Part shown: positions 9,106 through 16,794 of the stretch, in pieces
Numbering within the stretch: the stretch's first letter is position 1
Layout of the letters: the number at the start of each line of letters is the position of its first letter
Source: Prevotellaceae bacterium
Lineage (GTDB): Bacteria > Bacteroidota > Bacteroidia > Bacteroidales > UBA932
DNA: 34,070 nucleotides
Assembly: GCA_031273485.1 (NCBI GenBank)
Contig: JAISRS010000288.1
Span: forward strand, 1 to 34,070
Reading direction: 5' to 3'
Program-made: the position numbers and the translations under genes
Notes under the pieces: model-generated
The model's input: the letters and a program-made list of their open reading frames with translations, nothing else
Databases searched by the model: none
What the model was told of the DNA's origin: nothing

Positions 9106-9395
9106 GTTTTTTCAATTTACAGTTGAATTGAAATCGCTTCATGCTGTCGTGTTCGATGCCGAAGAGATGGCTGTGAATCGGATAATAGTTGAATTGAAAA
9201 CTTGCAAGATTATTTAAACACCGTTCCAGTGTCCGGCTGTAAATCGGACACTGTTGGATTGAAATCGACTACACCAACATAGACAACAAGTTCGGCGAAT
9301 CTGTAAATCGGACAATGTTGAATTGAAACCACGGAAACGAGCTGGGTACTTTTTGTTTTGTGACACTGTAAATCAGACAATGTTTAATGATTCAA
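9106..9395 (+). CRISPR. Degenerate, cas-less mini-CRISPR-like array: about 5 repeats of about 30 nt separated by 34-35-nt unique spacers
   Basis: Repeat starts are 9106 (only the 3' 14 nt conserved), 9171, 9237, 9301 and 9366, a period of 64-66 nt. The best copy is CTGTAAATCGGACAATGTTGAATTGAAACC (9301-9330). The 9237 copy has 3 substitutions; the 9171 copy has 3 substitutions plus a 1-nt insertion; the 9366 copy has about 9 differences, mostly at its 3' end. The intervening segments are mutually unrelated. The repeat ends in ATTGAAA(C/T), the class 1 (Cas6-processed) 3' repeat signature. Confidence 0.5.
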
Positions 9396-9408
9396 TACGG
9401 TTTAATTT

Positions 9409-10157
9409 ATGGAATCAATTCATTCTTTTTATTTACCCCAGTTGCATAACGGGGAAAACGTGAATTTTCACGCCGAATCGCTCGAACAGTTGGACAAGGC
9501 TGATCCTGCAAAACTTGGCGTGGGAGAGCAAACGCTTGCGTATCGTGCTGCTTATGGCGACTTGAAATTTTCGGTTGACGTCTTTTCTGCCAGTGAACTT
9601 TCGCCCGAATCAAGTCGGCGGGACGCCGGTCGCGACCGCGCTTATTCGGCGTTTACATCTTTCGTGAAGGTATATGTCAATGACGATGACGAGGTCAAAT
9701 CCGTAGCCGCCGAGCGTGTTCTGGACGTTTCCGGAAGTCGAAACAGGAACTCGGCAATCCGCTTCATTTGGGACTGGCGAAGGAATCTACGGCGCTGACC
9801 AGTCTGTTGCGTAATCTCGAACCCTTTGCCGCCGACATCGAACGCATCGGCGCAACCAACCGGTTGAAACGCCTCGAAGAAGCCAATCAGGCATACATTG
9901 ATTTGCAGTTTGAGCGCTACATCGAAAAAAGCAGCAAACATTCGGGCGACGTCAAGGCGGCCCGCGCTGTTGCCGCCGCCTATAAGGACATCATCGACCG
10001 GATTAATGCGCAGATACTGCTGAACGGCGACGAAGGATTTGCTTCTTACGTGAAAGCGTAAAACGCCGTGATAGAACGGTACAGACTCATTCTGGCACAA
10101 CGTAAAGATCGCATCGGAAAAAATACGACAACTCCCGAAACGGAAACAAACGGATAG
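9409..10157 (+). pseudogene. Decayed gene for a roughly 245-aa uncharacterised Bacteroidota protein (recalled as DUF6261-like), with one frameshift and one in-frame stop
   Basis: ORF 9409-9798 and ORF 9768-10061 lie in adjacent frames and overlap. A 1-nt shift near the TTT run at 9728-9730 joins ...AAERVLDVF to RKSKQELGNPLHLGLAKESTALTSLL... After the TAA at 10059-10061 the same frame stays open and protein-like (NAVIERYRLILAQRKDRIGKN...) up to the TAG at 10155-10157. Confidence 0.6.
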
Positions 10158-10189
10158 ACAGTTGGGGAATTATAAATCCTTTAACAATT

Positions 10190-11134
10190 ATGATTGGATA
10201 CAACATATTGAATTTACTAAGTTTATTTAAATATCAAGCGGAGAAAATCAAGAAAACTCCGCGATATTTATTGACGAAACGTGTAGAGACCTATTTGCAG
10301 AAGCCTTGTCCCAATTTGGATGAAAACGACAGAAAGCAGTTTTTGAAATTTTTGCAATATCATTTGGTGAGTGTTTTCAACTATCCGTATATGGTGAAAT
10401 ATCGTCGCCGGAAAGTAAAGGTATTATCGGATGAGGAAAGGGGATTACCTTTTGTCCTGACGGAGAAAGGGCATCGCCTGTATTTTAAAAAAGGAATGAG
10501 GAAAGGAGAGATTGCTTCATTGTACAATAGTTTATGTGCCGAACAGGACGATCTGTCACCGCATAACTACGACTTCGATAAATTAACGATAACGGACGAA
10601 ACGGTTTTTGCCGATATAGGTTCGGCTGAAGGGAATTTCAGTCTTAAATATGTTGATGAAATAAAGAAACTGTATTTGTTTGAAACGGATGCCGAATGGA
10701 TTGAAGCATTAGAAGCAACATTTTATCCGTGGAAAGATAAAGTGACAATAGTCAACAAATATGTTTCCGACCGTGATGAAGGTGAGTATATATCCCTTGA
10801 TACTTATTTTCTTAACAGGGAAAAGCCAACACTTTTAAAATTGGATGTGGAAGGGGCAGAGAAATCTGTCCTGTCCGGGGCAAATCAGACACTGAACGAT
10901 GGAATAGACGACATATTGCTATGTACTTATCATCGTAATGGCGATACTCAATATTTTTCCGAGTGGTTGCGTAACAGGAATTATGACATCCGGACTTCTA
11001 ACGGGTATATGTTATATCTATGGGAAAAGCCAAACTATAGTTTAGAACCTCCTTTTGATTTTAGAAGAGGTTTAATTCATGCAAGATTGAAATCGCTCAA
11101 AAATGAGAATAAAAATAAAAAATCAGAAGATTAG
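10190..11134 (+). CDS. FkbM family methyltransferase
   Basis: FADIGSAEGNFSLKY (SAM motif I) and LLKLDVEGAEKSVLSGA are hallmark FkbM-domain motifs. Confidence 0.85.
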   Translation: MIGYNILNLLSLFKYQAEKIKKTPRYLLTKRVETYLQKPCPNLDENDRKQFLKFLQYHLVSVFNYPYMVKYRRRKVKVLSDEERGLPFVLTEKGHRLYFKKGMRKGEIASLYNSLCAEQDDLSPHNYDFDKLTITDETVFADIGSAEGNFSLKYVDEIKKLYLFETDAEWIEALEATFYPWKDKVTIVNKYVSDRDEGEYISLDTYFLNREKPTLLKLDVEGAEKSVLSGANQTLNDGIDDILLCTYHRNGDTQYFSEWLRNRNYDIRTSNGYMLYLWEKPNYSLEPPFDFRRGLIHARLKSLKNENKNKKSED

Positions 11135-11239
11135 TACACGAAATATGATATCCCGCAGTCTTGAATATGGTTTACCGGAAGCGGAATTTAAAATGCGGAA
11201 CGCCTTTGTGACGAATTTATTAATTTAATATTATTCGCT

Positions 11240-12142
11240 ATGTACAACATTCCCGTATTATTTTTGATATTTAACCGCCCGGACACTACGGCGCAGGTTT
11301 TTGAGCGTATCCGGCAAATCAAACCCACCCATTTATACGTGGCGGCAGACGGCGCAAGAGAAGGACGTCCGGATGAAGTAAAGCGTTGTACGGAAGTACG
11401 TGCTATTATTGAGGGGATAGATTGGCAATGCGAATTGAAAACTTTGTACAGGGAGAAAAATCTGGGATGTAAAATCGCTGTTTCGGAGGCTATTACCTGG
11501 TTTTTTGAACAAGAAGAATATGGCGTCATTTTGGAAGATGACTGTTTGCCGGATTTATCGTTTTTCCCTTTTTGTGAAGAATTGCTGATTCGTTACAAAG
11601 ACGACGACAGAATCGGACATATCAGCGGCGACTGCTTCTTTCCCGGAATATTCAAAAACGGATTAAGTTACGATTTTTGTTTCTTCGCGCATATTTGGGG
11701 CTGGGCGTCCTGGCGCAGAGTTTGGAAAAATTATGATATTCATTTCACCTATTGGGAGCAGGCTCAAAAGAACAAAAGAAAGACAAAAAATCTATTTCGA
11801 AACTTAAAAGAAAAAGTATATTTTTCTTCCTTTATTTCCGATGCTGTAAGCGGAAGAGGTATGGATACATGGGATGCTCAATATTTATTTATGTTGCGAA
11901 CCCAAAATCAACTTTCCATTTATCCGTCAGTGAATTTAGTTACCAATATTGGTTTCAACAATCCGAATGCTACAAACACAAAAAAAAGCGGTACGAAAGA
12001 CTGTATTCCGAGCAAACCCGTCCATTTTCCATTAAAACATCCCGAGTATGTAATGGATAATAAAGAAATAGATAATCGGATAATTACGTATAATTTTTTT
12101 TCCGTAAGGCGGACGTTGAGATATTTATTGCATGATTATTAA
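11240..12142 (+). CDS. Nucleotide-diphospho-sugar transferase (GT-A fold, GnT-I/GT2-like)
   Basis: PVLFLIFNRPDTTAQVFERIRQIKPTHLYVAADGAR and the ILEDDCLP acidic (DxD-type) motif; 300 aa. Confidence 0.75.
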   Translation: MYNIPVLFLIFNRPDTTAQVFERIRQIKPTHLYVAADGAREGRPDEVKRCTEVRAIIEGIDWQCELKTLYREKNLGCKIAVSEAITWFFEQEEYGVILEDDCLPDLSFFPFCEELLIRYKDDDRIGHISGDCFFPGIFKNGLSYDFCFFAHIWGWASWRRVWKNYDIHFTYWEQAQKNKRKTKNLFRNLKEKVYFSSFISDAVSGRGMDTWDAQYLFMLRTQNQLSIYPSVNLVTNIGFNNPNATNTKKSGTKDCIPSKPVHFPLKHPEYVMDNKEIDNRIITYNFFSVRRTLRYLLHDY

Positions 12143-12146
12143 TGAG

Positions 12147-12392
12147 CTATATTAAAGAAAGTTCTTCGATTTCAAACACTAATGCCGATTTCTCTAAAAA
12201 CTCCCGCTTTCATTTTGAAATTTGACTTGCTTCCAGTTCGTAACGTAAACTTAGTTCACTCAATGACGACGGTTCCTTGATGGTTTCTATCGCCACTTTT
12301 GCCTTAAAAGATGATGTAAATTTTCTCTTACTTTTCATACAACAAAATTAATACTTTTTTGTCTTAACTCGCTGTCCGAATTTTGGGGAACA
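12147..12392 (-). mobile_element. Truncated IS3-family insertion sequence remnant: possible terminal repeat plus an orfA N-terminal HTH fragment carrying an in-frame stop
   Basis: The minus strand from the ATG at 12338 reads MKSKRKFTSSFKAKVAIETIKEPSSLSELSLRYELEASQISK-stop(TGA, 12210-12212)-KREFLEKSALVFEIEELSLI-stop. This matches the IS3/IS911 OrfA pattern (...KFS.EFKAK.A.E......L.ELA....V...QIS.WK...LE.A..VF), with the conserved Trp codon TGG read as TGA. There is no orfB. TGTTCCCCAAAATTCGGACAGCGAG (minus strand, 12392 downwards) may be the IS end (starts TG, contains GGACA). Confidence 0.7.
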
Positions 12393-12395
12393 TTA

Positions 12396-12403
12396 TACTT
12401 TTG
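12396..12403 (+). promoter_or_regulatory. Candidate Bacteroides-type -7 promoter box (TAnnTTTG) for the 12420 gene
   Basis: TACTTTTG lies 17 nt upstream of the ATG at 12420 and immediately outside the putative IS end. No convincing -33 TTTG at the canonical spacing. Confidence 0.3.
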
Positions 12404-12419
12404 TGTAACTACAAAGAAG

Positions 12420-13277
12420 ATGAAAATGAAAATAACTATAGTCATACCCGTATATAAAAAGGATTTATCGGAAGATGAAATTAAATCCCTGAAACAATGT
12501 TTTAACATATTGTATCGTTACTCCGTTACTTTTGTTACACATTGTAAACTTGATACTGCTGTTTATACGCAATTAGCCGATGAAACAAACGTCAATCCGA
12601 AATTTGAATATTTTGATAAGGAATTTTTCTTAAGTATTAATTCTTATAATCGCCTTTTGCTTAGCCGTGATTTTTATTCGAGGTTTACGACGGAAGATTA
12701 TATATTTATTTATCAATTAGATGGATTTGTTTTCAAAGACGAATTGGAAGATTGGTGCAAAAGAGGATTTGATTATATCGGCGCTCCATGGCTGATTCAC
12801 TATGGGCGAGGTAAATACGAAAAAAGCAATCGACTGTATAAAGTGGGTAATGGTGGCGTTTCGTTACGCAGGGTTTCCGCTTTTTTAGAACGTTTCGACA
12901 GGAACATGCCATTGTCCGTTTTCCCTTTTTATGTAAAAAATATACGAAAAAAGAAACTTATACCAATGATGATTAAAACATTAAAACTTCTTTCTTTTCT
13001 AATATTCTCTCCTAAAACCATAGAATATTGTTTACTGCATTTGACCGAGGATGTTCTTCCCGAAGATTGCTTTTGGGCTGATGCTCTAAGTAACACAAAG
13101 ATTGCCCTCAAAGTTCCGGATGTAACGACAGCCGCAAGTTTTTGTTTTGAGATAGCGCCTTCCTGTCTCTATCAACTAACGGACAATAAATTGCCGTTTG
13201 CGTGTCATGCGTATAAAAAGTATGAATATGAAAGTTTTTGGGAAAAACACATTCGAACGCATAACAATGGCAGCTGA
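12420..13277 (+). CDS. DUF5672-like putative glycosyltransferase
   Basis: ITIVIPVYKKDLSEDEIKSLKQC..., GFDYIGAPW and VGNGGVSLRR resemble the DUF5672 family from memory. The ORF is clean and in the operon orientation. Confidence 0.6.
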   Translation: MKMKITIVIPVYKKDLSEDEIKSLKQCFNILYRYSVTFVTHCKLDTAVYTQLADETNVNPKFEYFDKEFFLSINSYNRLLLSRDFYSRFTTEDYIFIYQLDGFVFKDELEDWCKRGFDYIGAPWLIHYGRGKYEKSNRLYKVGNGGVSLRRVSAFLERFDRNMPLSVFPFYVKNIRKKKLIPMMIKTLKLLSFLIFSPKTIEYCLLHLTEDVLPEDCFWADALSNTKIALKVPDVTTAASFCFEIAPSCLYQLTDNKLPFACHAYKKYEYESFWEKHIRTHNNGS

Positions 13278-13343
13278 TTTTTTAAGTTGCTATAGGTAAA
13301 TTGAACACAAAATAAAAAAACGCGAAACCGTTTAAATTAAATC

Positions 13344-14201
13344 ATGCAACTTCAAGAAAAAAAGAGTTACGATGCTCATCAACACTGGTTAGAAAAACGA
13401 TTTGAAAAAAATCAAATCATCGAGCAATTGAAAGAAATATATGCAACAATCAAAAAGTTGGATACAAATCCAGTTTATGCCCACTTATTGCCTCTGTTAC
13501 AAAAGAAAGACACATGGTTGACGATGGGGGATAGCTATGGAACCGATGCTACACGGATTGCTCCTCTTTGTAAAGAGGCATTGCCAGCTGATATTGGTGT
13601 TGCATTTTTAGAAATAGCACAAAAAGAAGGGTTTATAAAAGCATACTCACAACAAAATGCCGAAAAAATGACTTTTGAAGATAATACTTTTGACTTTTTT
13701 CTATGTCGTGAAACCTATCATCATTTTCCCCGTCCCTATATTGCTGTTTACGAAATGTTACGCTGCGCAAAGAAAGGCATAGTTATTTCGGAGCCTCTTG
13801 ATCCGATATTTAAAATGCCTTTTCTTCTGTTTCTATGTAATATTTTGGATACGAAGAAAATGCCATTAAGAAGTCGTAAATTTTGGAAAAATAGATTTTC
13901 ATTTGAGATTGTCGGAAATTATGTATATAAAGTTTCTCAACGTGAATTTGAAAAAATAGCCATGGGAATAGGGCTTCCTGCTGTTGCATTTTATTATTTT
14001 AATGGAGTTGAAAAAAATAATATAAAGTCGGTGCTTAGAAATATTCTGACTAAATTGCGAATTATCCCCTATCAAAGACTTGTTGCCGTTTTATTTAAAG
14101 AACTTCCGGACGAAAAAACCAAAGAGAATCTTCGAAAAAAAGGTTATTATTATTATGAGTTACCCCAAAACCCTTATTTGAATGATGTACAAGCTGATTA
14201 G
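13344..14201 (+). CDS. Class I SAM-dependent methyltransferase (divergent motif I)
   Basis: MTFEDNTFDFFLCRETYHHFPRPYIAVYEMLRCAKKGIVISEP matches the Methyltransf_11-type post-I/II/III region. Motif I (WLTMGDSYGTDA) is atypical. Confidence 0.6.
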   Translation: MQLQEKKSYDAHQHWLEKRFEKNQIIEQLKEIYATIKKLDTNPVYAHLLPLLQKKDTWLTMGDSYGTDATRIAPLCKEALPADIGVAFLEIAQKEGFIKAYSQQNAEKMTFEDNTFDFFLCRETYHHFPRPYIAVYEMLRCAKKGIVISEPLDPIFKMPFLLFLCNILDTKKMPLRSRKFWKNRFSFEIVGNYVYKVSQREFEKIAMGIGLPAVAFYYFNGVEKNNIKSVLRNILTKLRIIPYQRLVAVLFKELPDEKTKENLRKKGYYYYELPQNPYLNDVQAD

Positions 14202-14363
14202 CGACAATCATTGTTGACAAAAGTTACGCATACATTGACTTATGTCAGTCATCCTTTGCCCGTCACTTGGAATTTTCTTATCTTCGCATCATTATAAAAC
14301 GGAACGATCATGAATACAGTCAACATTTGCCTCATGGAAACTGTAACATTGAGACCATCATAA

Positions 14364-15905
14364 ATGACTGAAAAAAGTAAATCTCGAAAAACGGCAATCA
14401 TTGCCGGAGCAGGTCCGGCCGGTCTGACAGCCGCTCTGGAATTGCTGCGGACAACGGACATCCACCCCGTCGTCTATGAATCTACCGACGATATAGGAGG
14501 CATATCCAAAACCGTCTGCTACAAAGGAAACCGCATGGATATCGGCGGACACCGTTTCTTCTCGAAAGATGACACGATTATGCAATGGTGGGCAAAGATG
14601 ATGCCCGTACAGAACACACCCTTACCCTCACGCTCCGACGAGGAACGCATCATGCTCGTGCGTCGGCGCGTATCAAGGATATTTTACCTTCGCAAGTTCT
14701 TCGAATACCCTATTGCACTGAAACCGGAAACGTTTCGCAATATGGGACTCCGGCGTACAATCCAAGCCGGAGCAGGCTATCTGCAATCCCTCCTTTTCAA
14801 ACGCAAGGAACTGTCGCTGGAAGATTTTTATATCAACCGCTTTGGGAAACCTCTCTACAAAATGTTCTTCGAAGACTATACGGAAAAGGTTTGGGGCATC
14901 CATCCGTCGGCTTTGGGCGCAGACTGGGGAAGTCAGCGGGTGAAAGGGCTGTCGCTGGCTGCGGTGCTGAAGGATATTGTGAGTAAACGGTTCGCTTCAT
15001 CAAAGGATATTCGTCAAAAACAAATTGAGACATCGTTGATAGAGCAATTTATTTATCCCAAATACGGACCGGGGCAGTTGTGGGAAATCGTGGCACGGGA
15101 GATCGTCGATCTCTCCGGCGAATTACATAAAAAACATGAAGTTATTGAGGTGAATGTTGAGAGTATGCGTGTCGTATCTGTGACAGTCCGTTCCGACAGT
15201 GGAGAAACAGAAGCTCGGTCTTGCGACTGTTTTATCTCGTCGATGCCACTGAAAGATTTGGTGGCAAGCCTCCGCGGCACGGAAATACCCGAAGACGTAA
15301 AGCAAGTGGCTCAGGCATTACCTTATCGCGACTTTATCACCGTCGGGCTATTAGTCAACAAACTAAAAATCAGAAACCGGACAAAGATCGAAACCTGCAA
15401 AAATCGTATCCCCGACACGTGGATATATATCCAAGAACGGGATGTGAAAATAGGTCGTATGCAAATATTTAACAACTGGTCGCCCTACTTGGTTGCCGAC
15501 AACGAAAACACGATGTGGATTGGGCTGGAATATTTCTGCACGGAAGGCGACGAGATGTGGAAAATGCAGAAAGATGATTTCATCAAGATGGCAATTAGTG
15601 AGTTGGTAAAGATTGACATTCTGGAAGAGAAGGATGTTCTGGATGCGACGCAGATAAAAGTCAGAAAAGCGTATCCTTCTTATTTTGGGAGTTATTACCA
15701 ATTGGATACGGTAAAATTATTCTTAGACAAAATAGAAAATTTATATTGTGTAGGAAGGAACGGTCAGCATCGTTATAATAATATGGATCACTCCATGATG
15801 ACAGCCATGGTCGCCGTTAACAACATCCGAAACGACGTGAAAACAAAAGATAACATTTGGTCTGTTAATACAGAAGAAGAATATCACGAAACTAAAAACA
15901 AATGA
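14364..15905 (+). CDS. NAD(P)/FAD-dependent oxidoreductase (amine-oxidase / UDP-galactopyranose-mutase-like fold)
   Basis: [20 protein letters not shown] dinucleotide-binding motif followed by [13 protein letters not shown] and GGHRFFSK; 513 aa. The C-terminal [15 protein letters not shown] is typical of this family. Confidence 0.8.
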   Translation: MTEKSKSRKTAIIAGAGPAGLTAALELLRTTDIHPVVYESTDDIGGISKTVCYKGNRMDIGGHRFFSKDDTIMQWWAKMMPVQNTPLPSRSDEERIMLVRRRVSRIFYLRKFFEYPIALKPETFRNMGLRRTIQAGAGYLQSLLFKRKELSLEDFYINRFGKPLYKMFFEDYTEKVWGIHPSALGADWGSQRVKGLSLAAVLKDIVSKRFASSKDIRQKQIETSLIEQFIYPKYGPGQLWEIVAREIVDLSGELHKKHEVIEVNVESMRVVSVTVRSDSGETEARSCDCFISSMPLKDLVASLRGTEIPEDVKQVAQALPYRDFITVGLLVNKLKIRNRTKIETCKNRIPDTWIYIQERDVKIGRMQIFNNWSPYLVADNENTMWIGLEYFCTEGDEMWKMQKDDFIKMAISELVKIDILEEKDVLDATQIKVRKAYPSYFGSYYQLDTVKLFLDKIENLYCVGRNGQHRYNNMDHSMMTAMVAVNNIRNDVKTKDNIWSVNTEEEYHETKNK

Positions 15906-15960
15906 CAATTTTTATTCCATGGAATGTCAGTAAAACGAACTATTTACTATTCGCAACACA

Positions 15961-16731
15961 ATGTCACATCATCATAAAAGTAATATACAATTCTCCATTA
16001 TCACCATCACCTGCAATGCTGAAAAGGTATTGGAACATACGATTTTGAGCGTATTGAGCCAATCATACCCTCATATTGAATATATCATTATTGATGGAAA
16101 TTCATCGGATGGAACGGTGGATATGATCAGGCAATATGCCCCCGGGCTTTCTTCTTGGATAAGTGAGCCGGACAAAGGATTGTATGATGCGATGAACAAA
16201 GGATTGCGGATGGCAACAGGAGATTATGTATGGTTTCTAAATGCCGGCGATACGTTGCAACACGGGAATACAGTGGCAGACATGGCAATGGTGGCAGAAC
16301 AAAACGGGATGCCGGATGTTTTATATGGTGAAACGGACTTGATGGACAGGAAGGGGAATATCCTTGCCGCACGCCGGTTGAAAGCGCCGAAAGTGCTAAC
16401 ATGGAAAAGTTTCCGCATGGGAATGTTAGTTTGTCATCAGGCATTTGTGACGAAACGCAGCATCACTCCGGAATATGATCTGCAATACCGTTTTTCGGCT
16501 GATTTTGACTGGTGTATCCGGTGCATGAAAAATGCAGGGACGATTGTCAATTCCCGGTTGCGTTTGGTAAACTATTTATATGAAGGATTGACAACGGCTA
16601 ACCGGAAAGCTTCCTTAAAAGAACGTTATGCTATTATGTGCAAATATTATGGCAAGCCTTCCACAATGCTGTTACATCTCTGGTTTGCCATCCGGTTTTA
16701 TTCGGCGAAATGGTTTAAAGGAAGGGTATAA
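15961..16731 (+). CDS. Small glycosyltransferase family 2 protein (WcaE-like)
   Basis: FSIITITCNAEKVLEHTILSVLSQSYPHIEYIIIDGNSSDGT and WISEPDKGLYDAMNKG...GDYVWFLNAGD; 256 aa. Confidence 0.85.
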   Translation: MSHHHKSNIQFSIITITCNAEKVLEHTILSVLSQSYPHIEYIIIDGNSSDGTVDMIRQYAPGLSSWISEPDKGLYDAMNKGLRMATGDYVWFLNAGDTLQHGNTVADMAMVAEQNGMPDVLYGETDLMDRKGNILAARRLKAPKVLTWKSFRMGMLVCHQAFVTKRSITPEYDLQYRFSADFDWCIRCMKNAGTIVNSRLRLVNYLYEGLTTANRKASLKERYAIMCKYYGKPSTMLLHLWFAIRFYSAKWFKGRV

Positions 16732-16794
16732 ACTTGCTTGTAAGCCAATTATTCATATTAACATGATTGATTTATCCACATTATATTAAATAAG

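Noticed and set aside
9301-9330. Possibility that the 30-nt repeats are IS terminal repeats or MITEs, since TGTAAATCGGACA resembles the GGACA-containing putative IS3 end at 12392
   Set aside because: The distance from TG to GGACA differs (6 vs 13 nt). The copies are direct rather than inverted, and they are regularly spaced with unique spacers, which fits a CRISPR-like array better. It is kept only as an alternative in the finding.
9642-10100. 152-aa minus-strand ORF
   Set aside because: It is antisense to the decayed plus-strand gene in a GC-rich patch. The plus-strand reading gives a coherent helical protein across the lesions, and the minus product does not.
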